Shown here: piece by piece, positions 1 to 10,886 of the stretch
How the letters are laid out: each line of letters opens with the position of its first letter
Position numbering within the stretch: position 1 is the first letter of the stretch
DNA from: Phyllosticta citribraziliensis
Taxonomy: Eukaryota
Direction: 5' to 3'
Assembly (NCBI RefSeq): GCF_038025025.1
Contig: NW_027117345.1
Span: 682,001-746,000, forward strand
DNA length: 64,000 bases
Notes under the pieces: model-generated
Database searches by the model: none
Told to the model about the DNA's origin: nothing
What the model saw: only the letters and a program-made list of their open reading frames with translations
Translations under genes and position numbers: made by a program

Positions 1-542
1 TAACGTTTACGACTTTTACGCTAATTGCTTCGTCCATCCTCTTCCGAGGCTTCAACACCACATCGGCGGTGAATACAATCTCGCTGATCTGTGGATTTCT
101 GGTGATCTTTAGCGGCGTGTACCTGCTCAACCTATCCCGTGGCGACCCCGAAGGCAACTCGCACCTCGCACACAAGTTTGACGATGCCGTCCCGACTGAC
201 GGCATAGCCAACTACCAGACTCGGCGCTCAATGCAGTCCCGCCGCTCCGGAGACAGCGCATTTTCAAGCAGACACAGCCTTGGTGACAGGGAAGGGTTGA
301 TGCGCGGCTTCCAGCAGAGGGACATTGATCTAGAGGGTGGCAGGGGCACCTTCGGACTCGGGGAGCTGGCCGACGACTCGGATGAAGTCGAAGATGACGG
401 GAGCGGGAGAAAACGGACAAGCTTCGACAACCCAACAACAAACACTGAACTCCTCGGTCGAGGGAGCGGGTCTGGAAGTTCGACTCCCTCGGGGCTCTCG
501 AAAGAAAAGCGGTCCATGACAAGTAAGAGCATGGAGACATGA
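1..542 (+). CDS. NIPA/DUF803 family magnesium transporter, C-terminal part (5' end outside window)
   Basis: Frame open from base 3: TFTTFTLIASSILFRGFNTTSAVNTISLICGFLVIFSGVYLLNLSR matches the last TM helices of fungal DUF803/NIPA proteins, followed by a low-complexity tail; stop TGA 540-542. Confidence 0.85.
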   Translation, partial: TFTTFTLIASSILFRGFNTTSAVNTISLICGFLVIFSGVYLLNLSRGDPEGNSHLAHKFDDAVPTDGIANYQTRRSMQSRRSGDSAFSSRHSLGDREGLMRGFQQRDIDLEGGRGTFGLGELADDSDEVEDDGSGRKRTSFDNPTTNTELLGRGSGSGSSTPSGLSKEKRSMTSKSMET

Positions 543-1826
543 TGTGAAAGAAGGACGTTTGTCGCCGGGTTTGGGGTCTCCTTGGTCCTCGTTCGCCAGG
601 TCAACGATTCGCTGGCGAGGCGGCAAGGAAGACACTTGAACTTTGCACTGGAGTAAAGGCGTTGGGCATGGAGGAGTTGGGTTATTCCCGCATCTTGTTG
701 TTTTATCTTGGCTCGGAAGGCCAAATTCTTCTCGAACGGAAACTTGCCTTGGACGGACGAAACCAGAGTCGGCAAGTATTGCATCAGCAAGCGTGAGTCG
801 CTCCTGGTGGCGGATTGGCCAAGTGCTTATCCTCAATCATCCATCTCGACTGTTGATACGCTCCTCTCTCGACTCTCTTCTGCTTCCTCCACGTCTTATC
901 ATTCTTCCTATTTCAACACTGGAAGCGCACCGCTCCACGATTGTGAGCACTTCTTAGCTTCTTCGAGGTCTCACACTTGCATACGCGGTGTGGGAGATGT
1001 CTATTGAATTCTGCAAGGAGGACCTGGACGCAAGGGACCTTCAGTCAGTCACTCGCGCCAGAAGGAGAGGGCGAGATGTCGCAATATCCCCATCCAGTGG
1101 TCTGACTGTATTGTGACCTTGCTCGTCCAATGTTAGTCTTATTTTTTTATTTATTTTCTTTGGGTTGTACAATACCGGGAAAAAAGGGTCAGGCACGGTA
1201 GGGGGTTTTCTCGGTTGTCGGTCGGTCAGTGGTTTGGGTTTTCTTCCGGCGAGCTTTTGGCGGGCATGGGCTGGGGATCTGGACGGGGGTTTCTGCTTCA
1301 AGTGCATGAGGTGGAGATGTAGGTGCTGTTTTGCAAGAGCGGTGTTGGTGGTCTTGGTGTTGGGGTGTGGATTTGCCCGCTGTTTGGACCGACCATTGCC
1401 ATCCGCCGCCGTCGCGATTGCCGTTACCGCCGGGGAGAGGAGAGGATAGATGAAGGAGATATCAGCTAGACGAGCGGTATTCGGAAGACAAATCTGAACT
1501 AAACTGATTATTTGTTGGAATCCTGAATCCTCTCTGCCTGCCTGGCCTTGTCCATGGACCCCAACTGGAATACAGACGGATTCCAAATGTATGTGGACAT
1601 TGCAAACAACATATAAAGTGGTGTGGGTAGTAGTCAGCCCCGATGGATCTCAGTCGAAGCTCAAGAGTCAAAATCCCTGTCGCATATGACGTCGTGCTAG
1701 ACATGGACCAGGGCCAAGCTTGATGAGCCCTCGTCGACGTCTCCAATCAGCCCACTACTGCCATGTCACGCTTATATCCAGAGCCATCGCGCGTCCCCGC
1801 GAGCACTGCATCAACATCGCCCCAAC

Positions 1827-3199
1827 ATGGCCACACTGAGAGTTCACGGAGGCGGGAGCCTCCTCAACTGGCACGCCACGACTCCGCGCGTTTACATCAC
1901 GGCCGAGAGCGACGATTTTGACGAATACACACTCGAAGCCTGGCGCGACGAGGGCTTCGACGTCATGTACGTCCCTTTTGGCGAAGGCGGGAAGCAGTAC
2001 GTCAAGACTCTCCATTCGCTGGGACAAAACCTGGGTGTTGGAGGGGCATATTCGATAGTTGGTAGCGCTCCTTGCTCTCGCGCCGGTTGAAGACGCAGAG
2101 GGACTGATCCTTTGCACCCACGCAGCCTTTGGCGATGCAGCCTCGGTATGTCTTGAGACATTTATACGCCAGGACCTGAAGCTCCGCTCTCTGGTCGCGT
2201 ACTATCCATCGTCGATTCCCGACCCCCACACGCACTACTCGCCCTCGACGCGCATCATGGTGCACCTGGCCGGGACGCAGATTGGAGTGAACAAGACGTC
2301 GGAAGTGTTGGGGATCCAGGGCAAGAGGAAGACGGTCAGGAGAAGGATCACGCAAGGAATTGGCACCGGCGGCACCCAGAAGCTGTCGTACCCCTGCTAC
2401 ACGTACCAGGGCGTGGAGCCAGGCTTCGCCGAGCACGACTTGGACGAGTACGACAAGGTGGCCGACGCCGTGGCGTGGACGCGCTCGCTCGACACGATCC
2501 GCAAGGGCTTCTCCGCCGAACTCGACATTGAGCGTCCGTGGGAAGAAAACGAAGAGCGTAAGTTTTCGCGCGCCCATGTCCCCTTCAACTGACCACCCGC
2601 GCACCATCACCACCAACCACCCTTGCCGATTGCCCGTCCAACTATTGCCCTTCGCAGACAAGTACCACACGCTCGACACGGCCAAGATTCTGGCCACCAT
2701 GACGGACGTGCCCAAGCCGTTTGTCACGTACACGCCGACCATGACGGGCGGGCTGGGCAAAGACGACCTCGCGCGCTTCTACGCCGAGTTCTTCCTGCCC
2801 GCCCTGTCGCCGCGCGCCAGCCCGCCCACAAACTTCCGCACCCGCCTCCTCTCGCGCACCATCGGCGTCGACCGCATCGTCGACGAGCTGCTCGTCTGCT
2901 TCAAGCACACCCAGCCCATGCCGTGGATCCTCCCCGGCATCCCGCCCTCCAACTGCCCCGTCGAAATCGTCATGGTCAGCGTCGTCGCCGTGCGCGCCGG
3001 CAAGATCTTTTCCGAGCACGTCTACTGGGACCAGGCTGCCGTCCTGGTCCAGGTCGGCCTGATTGACGTCGAGGAGAGCGTGCCGCAGGAGTGGCGCGAC
3101 AGGGGCGTCAAGGAGCTGCCGGCTGTCGGCGAAGAGGGCGCTAGGAAGGTTCTCGATGAGGAGAAGGAGCCGTTTAACGAGTTGATTGGTGAGTGGTGA
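1827..3199 (+). CDS. Dienelactone hydrolase/carboxymethylenebutenolidase-like protein with C-terminal SnoaL/NTF2-like domain; exons 1827-2061, 2126-2557, 2658-3199
   Basis: GT..CAG introns 2062-2125 and 2558-2657 join three ORFs in phase. Motifs YPCYTYQGVEPGFAEHD, AWTRSL, PTMTGGLG, SRTIGVDRIVDE, MPWILPGIPPS and SEHVYWDQAAVLVQVGL are typical of this fungal family. Confidence 0.85.
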
Positions 3200-3490
3200 G
3201 CGTGGATGCTGTCATGATGTCACGTTTTATGGTTCATGGTAGGTTCTGTAAGTACTTTTTTGCATGCATGCAATTTACGTTGTCAAATCCAACGACTTGC
3301 CTTTCCTGTCGGCGCTTTCCTCAAAGTCTTGAGGGAAAACCACTCTTCTTCAAGTCCCATGTACATTGATCAAATTGCAAATGGACTCGACACTCTGAGA
3401 CCCTTTCCAATCTAGCCAAAGCCCCCAAGTCAGATTACTTCAAGACTTTGCAATCACACCATTCCAAGCAGGATACGACAACCTACTCCT

Positions 3491-4364
3491 TCAAACATGC
3501 CAAAGACAAAGCTCCTTCAAACATGCGACGCAAAAAGTACCGTGGACATGCAGCGACTCGTCCCTGCCAGCACGAACGAAGACCGGTATCAGCTTCGTCA
3601 CGCCATCATCGCCGCGGACTTCAATACCGGGTGCCGCAGTCAAGTCTTTCCAGTCTCCAAGGTGCTCCAGGCTCACGTATGAAGAGCCGGCTTCGCTGAT
3701 GTCGCGGTTGGGCCGCGGACACAGCGGATACTGGCATACCACGCGCGGAGAACACTTGCTTGCCGTGTACATGACGAGCACGTTTTCTGGGGCAACAAAA
3801 GTCAGTGGGGATGAGATGGAATTTATGTGATGTGCTCGACGAACCAGAGTTGCTCTCGACGAGCGAGCAGAGGGTCTCCCCAGCCGCAGCACTGCTAGGC
3901 GACGTCGGACCTGGCACTGCGTTCTGCGACCTTTCGAGTGTCGTGACGGTTGCGTCGATTGCAGCGCGCTCCCGACTGCGCAGCCTGGCCGTCCGTTCTC
4001 GCAACTGCTGGTTGTGGCTCGCGGCGTTGTTGTTGGCAGCGGCCGCGACTCCGGCGGCCCACTCCTCCACTCCTTTGGGTTGATATCCCGGCTCGCCGGC
4101 TCGCTCGTCGATCAGACTGCGGTCCTTTTGTCCTTCTTGATAGCCGTTGCGGGGCTGTTGGCGCCTGGGGTGCAAATTGTAGCGCTTCTCCAGGTCGGGG
4201 TCGTTCAGAGACGGGTCCAGCGTCTGCGTGTAGCTGTATCTGCTGCCTTTAAGCCACACAAAGTCGGCAAAGTCGTCTGTATCGATGCACATTTGGTCCT
4301 TGTCGGAATCACTGGAGGCGTTCTCGCTGTCGTGCCGGTGTTGAGAAGCGGTGGTGTTGTCCAT
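3491..4364 (-). CDS. Hypothetical protein (~270 aa) with C-terminal Cys motifs (CQYPLC...FCVAC); exons 4364-3845, 3786-3491
   Basis: A 58-nt intron 3787-3844 (GTTCGT donor, CTGAC branch, CAG acceptor) joins the 247-aa and 133-aa minus ORFs in matching phase (SNS-E-NVLV). No family recognised. Confidence 0.55.
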
Positions 4365-5242
4365 GCCGTGGGACGTGGGCCTGGGTGAAGGTGTGGATTC
4401 AAAGCGAAAAGGCGAAAGGAATCAAAACAAAGTCGTTGAAAAGGATGCTTTTCTAGGGGCTTCTGGTCGGGTGGTCTTTACATCAAGCTTTGCTGATAGT
4501 TGCTTTCTCTCGCGGATTTGTTGTCGTTTGCTTGCTAGGCATTCACCTCCTGGTTGGATTCTGAACCCGGTGCCACATTGACTGCCTTCAACCCGGCAAT
4601 GGCTTTAATTACGATGGAATCCGATTGTGTTGCCATCATTCACTTGCTTAAATCTGGGCGCAGAGCGGGGCATCTTCAGAATTAGATCCCATGGCTTTGG
4701 GGGTTGTTATCAGTATGCGTGGTGTACCCTGGTTATTGTGCTGAAGCCTAGCTAAGACGATTTGCAGGCTAGTTGCAACGGCAAGCTGTCATTTTGACAG
4801 CACAAAGAGATGGCGAGACTGCAGCGTGTCGACTGAGTACAGAAGAACTGCGATGAAAGAAAAAGCTCACGTCACTTGGACAACGTATTGAATTGGACGT
4901 TAGAAATGAAACAAGGACGCCGCGTAGAAAATTCAAAGAGACAGTGATTTAGCTTGAGGACAGAATCTGGGGACACGAGGTGTTGAGCTTGAGCGTCGTG
5001 TCGTGAACGAGAGCCAGTGCAAGCAGGTGGCCCCTCTTCACCGCCTTTCAGTTCGGGGGAGTTCACCGTCCCGCACTCGCACTCGGTCGCGGCGAGTTCC
5101 TTCAACCACCCTCTCCCAGCTCCACTCCTCCACTCCTCAAAGAGCCCTGCGCACCGCGTTTCCTGCCTACTCCTGACGCCGACTCTCTTCCTGTCGACTC
5201 TCTCGTCTCCAAGTCCCGATCCTCGCCACCAAGCCTCGCGAA

Positions 5243-7210
5243 ATGTCGCGGCGCCCTGACCCCCGCGCAGAGCGCGCCGCTCAAAACCAGCAAACACTCA
5301 AGAGCTTGGTCAAGCTGGAGCCGAACAAGAGCTGTGCAGATTGCAAGAGGAACAAGCGTGAGTCAGGCCCTGTCGCTACATTGTCCGCCTCAGTCTTTGC
5401 TGACACTCCTCACAGACCCTCGTTGGGCCAGCTGGAACCTAGGCATCTTCATATGCATTCGGTAGGCAGCCCCTGATGAGACGCCTGCGCCGACCTACGA
5501 GACTGTATCCTGACCAATTCTCAGATGCTCAGGTATACACAGAGGCATGGGCACGCATATCAGCCGAGTCAAGTCTGTGGATCTCGACTCGTGGACGGAT
5601 GAGCAACTGCAGAGCATGCTGCGATGGGGAAATTCAAGAGCAAACAAGTCTGTCTCAAATAACAGCGCCTTGGATATGGATGCTGACGGCCGATAGGTAC
5701 TGGGAATCTAAGCTTGCGCCAGGCCACATTCCCTCTGAAGCGTAAGATCACCACCAACGCTGGTACCCACGGTGACCACTCAGCTGACGGCACTAGGAAA
5801 ATCGAAAACTTCATTCGCACAAAGTATGAATCGAAGCGGTGGGTTATGGACGGTCCTATGCCAGATCCCTCTGCATTGGATACCGAGGGGGACGATGACG
5901 TGGTACGTCCCCGCGGTGGAACTCGCCACGAATCACACTGACCATCTCAGCCACTCAATGTTGTGCAGGAAAAGGCCAAGCTGGAGCGCTCATCCTCGCA
6001 GCGAGCTGCAGCCGCAGCACCAGGCCGGTCTTCCGGTCCTCCTCCGGTGAGGAAGCAACCAACAATGGACATCTTTGGCGACGAGACCACCTCACCTCCC
6101 TCAAGACCTAGCACAGGACCCCCGCCTGTAACCAGACCACCACCCCCCAAGGCTGAAGCTGCTCCTCCCAAGCAAAGCAAGCCGGGAGATTCTCTCCTTG
6201 GACTCGACTTCTTCGGGGGCTCAGGCTCCTCGACGCCGACGCGTCCTGCGAGCACTACGGGATCCGCTCCCTCCAATGCTCCTCGTGCCGACTTGAAGCA
6301 ATCAATTCTCTCCCTGTATGCAGCGAAGCCTGCTGGACAACCTGCTGTCAAGCATCAACATACAGGATCCTCTGGTTCGTTCGGCGGTCTGCAGTCTCCC
6401 GGACTACAATCCCCCCAGTCCCAGTCAAGCCCAATGGGCGGCCTCAACGACGCCTTTAGCAGTCTCAGCATGAACATGGCTCCTCAGCAGGCTCCGAAGC
6501 CCTCGCCTTTCGCCGATCTCATGAACGCCACACCGAAGAGCTCCACACCCGCAAGCTCCCACCAGCCGTTGGGATCTGGCTCTGGATTTGGCAGCGGGGG
6601 CGGTTTTTTCGACTCTCTACCTGCGGCCAAGCCAGCCAATCCTCCTCAGCCGTCTCGGACATTCAGCTCCAACAGTGGATTCGGAGACTTTAGCTCGTCC
6701 ACCTCTCCAGCCGCTGTCAATCCGCCCAAGCCAGCGGCGGCCAGCAATACAGGTGACCTTTTTGACCTTTCATTCGATACTCCCGCTTCTGCTCCTGCCC
6801 CTGCCCCTGCTGCGGCACCAACTAAACCACCTGTCTCTCCAGGCGCCAATTCCGCCTTCAATCTTTCCTCGCCCGCCGCTCCTTTCCAACCGTCTCAGCC
6901 CCAATCCCAGGCGCCGGCCGTAAACTACGCTTCCGGAATGTCGAACTTGGATGCATGGGGATCCAGCGATGCGTGGTCTTCGGCGACCACGGCTACGAAC
7001 AACACGACGGCTACGGCTCCTTCGGCATCGACGCCCGCGTCCAATACCTCAGGCTGGGGAAGCGCGTCGACGCCCCAGGTGACCCACGACGATGACTTTG
7101 GCGGCTGGAACAGCGCGACGGGGTCAAGCACCGCAGCTGCTGGCAACGCCGCTCCCAAGCCGGTCAGCACACTGCCAGGAGATGACCTGTTTGCCAATGT
7201 TTGGGAATAA
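5243..7210 (+). CDS. ArfGAP-domain protein (Age2/SMAP-like); introns 5358-5415, 5462-5524, 5648-5696, 5742-5796, 5903-5950
   Basis: Spliced N-terminus gives the ArfGAP Zn finger [43 protein letters not shown] and ENFIRTKYE; long Pro/Ser-rich tail with KQSILSLY and a DDLFANVWE end. Confidence 0.92.
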
Positions 7211-7674
7211 GCGTGCACTCCGTATCGAGTTTCGGGTACGCATATGGTTGCATTCAAGGCATGGATAGGAGTAGCGGCGCATCTTGAAGATTCGAGCATG
7301 ATGATTAGGTATTGGAAGGAATGCAGAGACTAAAATGTGCCAAAGATAAATCATGGCTTCAACCGGACAAGGTACCGAGTGACATGTTCTACTCGGCACT
7401 CGTACTCCCCAACTTGGCTTTTCCCAAAAAGATGCAACTGTTTTGAACCCAAACCCAACGCCGTGCTTCCTGCCCTTGTTCCTGAATCAAACCAACCCAG
7501 TTGTCCGCAAAGTGCACGCGTGCTGTTGATTGCCCGCTTGAACGCAAAGTGATGCTACTGCACACACGTGGCCGCTGCCCGCGTCTTCCATTCCGCCCAC
7601 AACTCCCACTGAAAAGATGCCCGTCCACTCCGTTTTCGGCGTTTTACGACCCCAGATAGTCTTCACCTGTGCGC

Positions 7675-8312
7675 TCACCGGCCGAACAGCAAGCCCCAGA
7701 TCCAGTACAGCAGGATGACGACGCCGGAGATGATGGCGGCGAGCTTGAAAATGGCCACCTTGTTGCCCTGCTGCGCCATGCGCGTCATGCGCCCTGCGCT
7801 GCCCTTGATCGACGAGGCCATGGAGGAGAAGGTTTCGGACTGCGGTGCTCCGGCTGCGTTAGCTGCGGTCTTGACTCTTCAGGGTATTTGTGGGGATTCG
7901 GTCGCGAGGACAGTGCGAGGCTGGCAAGAGGTGGTGGGTGCTGCGTACAGAGGAGTCGATGACATGCTGGTCGCGCGCGTTGTCGTAAATGTCGATGGTG
8001 ACGCCGCGCAGGGCCGACACCTTGCCGGCGAGCTCGTCCAGCCGCGAGTTGTTCTGCCTGTAGATTACGGAGTGCGGTTAGCATCAGCTTCGCCTGGTGG
8101 TTGTTCGCGGGTGCCGTGGTGTGTCGAGATGATTGGGGTGTTGTTCTTTGACGAATGCCTTTCATAGGGTTGGGGATGGGCGAGTTGGCCGTGCTGAACG
8201 CGTTGGGAGGGGCATGTGGGCGCGTGCTTGTTCCGCGCATGGCTACGAGTGTGTGGAGGACTGGATGGGACCACAGTTGGACATACCGCTCGCGCTCGTA
8301 GGCTTCGGACAT
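7675..8312 (-). CDS. SFT1: Sft1/Bet1-like Golgi Qc-SNARE; exons 8312-8287, 8057-7949, 7839-7675
   Basis: Spliced product MSEAYERERQNNSRLDELSGKVSALRGVTIDIYDNARDQHVIDSSSETFSSMASSIKGSAGRMTRMAQQGNKVAIFKLAAIISGVVILLYWIWGLLFGR is a SNARE coiled coil plus C-terminal TM anchor; donors GTATGT and GTACGC. Not present as a single ORF in the track. Confidence 0.85.
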
Positions 8313-8692
8313 GGCGGGCTGGCTGCCTGGATGGTTCGGTTGAGGACGGCGACGGCGGCGGCAGGCGGCAGGCGGAGGAGAGAAGGGAGGTAGGGAGGAT
8401 GGGTATCGCAGCTGAGCTAGGAGTCGGACGGTGGGCGTGGAGGAGCACCAGGAGGTGGGCGTGTGCGAGTGTGGAGTGTGGAGAGAGAAAGGGGTCGCTG
8501 TGGTGCAGCTGCGCGCCGTGTCGGTTGGTTGGTTCAGTTGTCTCGTCCGTCGTCAGGTCCAGACAGTCCGGAATCGTGACGTGACGTATGCCTGCCTCGG
8601 TCCAGCCCGTCCGTCCACTTCCAAGACTTCCGTAGTCCACTTCTTTCATCCATGTCCACGTGCGGCAGCCACTTCTTCCATTAAAGCTCACA

Positions 8693-10392
8693 CTACGCTG
8701 GAATCGTCTCTTCTGATGCCTCGCCGTCCTTTTTCAAGTTCGCAAGGCACGGCGCAAAGAACAGCTTGCCGGACCAAGCTCCTCTGGCCGTCCTGGCCGC
8801 AACGAGACACCACAGCAAAATCACGGCTATACTGAAAATTTCGCCCAGCACTTTGAACGCCGCGCTCGGCATCTCGATGCCAATCTGGATCGTGCTCGCC
8901 GCAAAAACGCCCAGCGGGAACGTGAACCCCCACCACCCCATGTTGAAGGGGAACGGCCGCGCCTTGTAGATGCTTACCAGCGCGATGAAGAACCAGACGA
9001 GCCCAAATCCCCACATGATGAGAGCCAGAAAGAATCCCACGACGTACATTACAGACCCAGCGCTTGGGTCGAGTGTCGATGTCGCCGGGAAATTTGCCTT
9101 GGCGACTTTGCCCAGGTACATTATCCTAAGGTATTCAGCGTCAGTTCTGGGCTAACCGCAAGGTGAGATGGCCAGTACGTACGAGTATCCGCCAAAACCA
9201 AGCGGTCCAAGCGGAAGAAAGCAGCTCACAATGACTTCTCGCGGGGGCATCTTATGCAAAGCCAGCCTTTGGTAGTACATTACAAGCACCGCCATGGCAA
9301 GGGGAGTTCCCATGCCCCAAAGAACGTAGCATGTCATTATGGTGCCCAGGGCATGGTCTGGGTTTGGGAGCACTTCAGCCACCTCTGCACCAGTGCCAGC
9401 CGCAACGATCGTGGCGGCAATAGGGAGTAGTTGCGCGGCTGTGAAACGCTCAAGTGATTTGATCTCGTGGCTATGCATCATCCTGCCTTCAAGTCAGTTC
9501 TGCCGCGACATGGAGGAAATAAGGAGGACACGAACAGCAAAACCGACAGAGACAGCGTTACTCCAGCCGCCACAATGGTATCAATCATCCATAGCACCCA
9601 GGCAAACGTGGTCGCCCAGGGGCCCCAGACCGGCACGCAAATAAACACCCACATCTCGATGATGGTGGCAAATCCCATTGGAATGGTGCCGAGGAAGAGC
9701 GAGTTGTTTGGGTCGCGGATCATAACGCTCCATATTTCGGGATACAGCGTGTACCGGAGAAAGGAGATGACGAAAGCTGCTGTGAACAGGACAACGTTGA
9801 GGCAGAAAAAGATGATGGAGAGATAGTGTAGCCAGCGTCCGTTGTAGGGCATAAAATAGAAGAGAATTGACACGATTCCCGTTCCCATGGTCACGGAAAA
9901 CCAACTGCTTGTTGTAAGCCACAGCGTATCCAAGGTCTCAATAACTGAGCGGGCGAGGACGACATTAACAGATAAAAGGCTTTGCCCGAACCAGGCAACA
10001 TGGTTCGAAGCAGATATCTTGAAAGCTTCGAGACAAGAGAAGACTTACGAAGGGCTGAAATTCCTCACCACCCTCCTCCATCCGACCTCGTACTTGGACA
10101 ACTCTCTCATCTCCCCTCTTCCAGCTCCACCCAAAGCACGCCTCTGGTCCTCAGTCAAGCTCGCGGGCGGCACTCCCGCTGGACTAGCGTCCGCCGCTGC
10201 ATTCTCGATGGCTTCATCTCCTTGCTCTTTCACAAACAGCTGCTCCGGCTCCCGCTGCTGCTGCTGCTGCTGCTGCTGCACGCCGGCACGATGCCTGCTG
10301 CTCGTCGCGCTGCCAGATCTGGTGCTGCTCATGCCGCTGTTGCTGGTGGAGACGTGGTCGTCGTGCTGTTGGTGCTGTATGTGTGCGACCAT
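8693..10392 (-). CDS. TDT/SLAC1-family transporter (sulfite efflux pump SSU1 / malate permease-like); exons 10392-10049, 9904-9536, 9482-9183, 9125-8693
   Basis: Motifs WRRVVRNFSPSWFSVTMGTGIVS, SLFLGTIPMGFATII, LLPIAATIVAAGTG, FLPLGPLGFGG and FNMGWWGFTFPLG; three in-phase GT-AG introns. Confidence 0.9.
10255..10278 (-). repeat. (CAG)8 microsatellite encoding poly-Gln in the transporter N-terminus
   Basis: Eight CTG units on the + strand; translation VQQQQQQQQR. Confidence 0.95.
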
Positions 10393-10886
10393 CGTCTCAT
10401 CAAGCTCCGTCTTTTTGCCGTTTGCTTATCTTTTTCTTCGGAAAACCCCAAGATACTGAGAAAGGGAAAACGAGCGCTTTGTTAGGAGCGAAAGGAGGAA
10501 TTCATAACGAAATATATTGGCGGACGACCGAAGTTGTGACTGTAAGACGATCGATGCCGTGCCGGCGATAAGCTGCCGCTCCGGCATGGCGGTCGGTGCT
10601 GGCAGGGATGCCATTGCCTAGTTGGGTTAGTGGGATACGACGTGGTCAAACGGTGGACAAAGAACCACTTGCCTGACCATTCAGAGCAAGTCGATTACAG
10701 TGTTACAAGTTTTCCATTTAGAGATAGGACTCTATGCTACAACAAGCAGACGTCAAATGAGGACCCCCATTGACCAATGTCCGCTGCTCGGCTGAGCTCA
10801 ATCCAACTACCCCCCGGTCCAAAAACGATGACACCCCCAAGATCAAAGAATGACAGACTGCACCTCCTCCCAGACTCGCCAGCTCA

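Noticed and set aside
600..1800. ORFs 643-957, 1041-1586, 1462-1746 and others
   Set aside because: No recognisable domains; low-complexity G/T-skewed intergenic sequence.
7298..7490. ATGATGA ... CTGA as a box C/D snoRNA
   Set aside because: Lies in the ArfGAP 3' UTR region; no terminal stem or recognisable rRNA guide.
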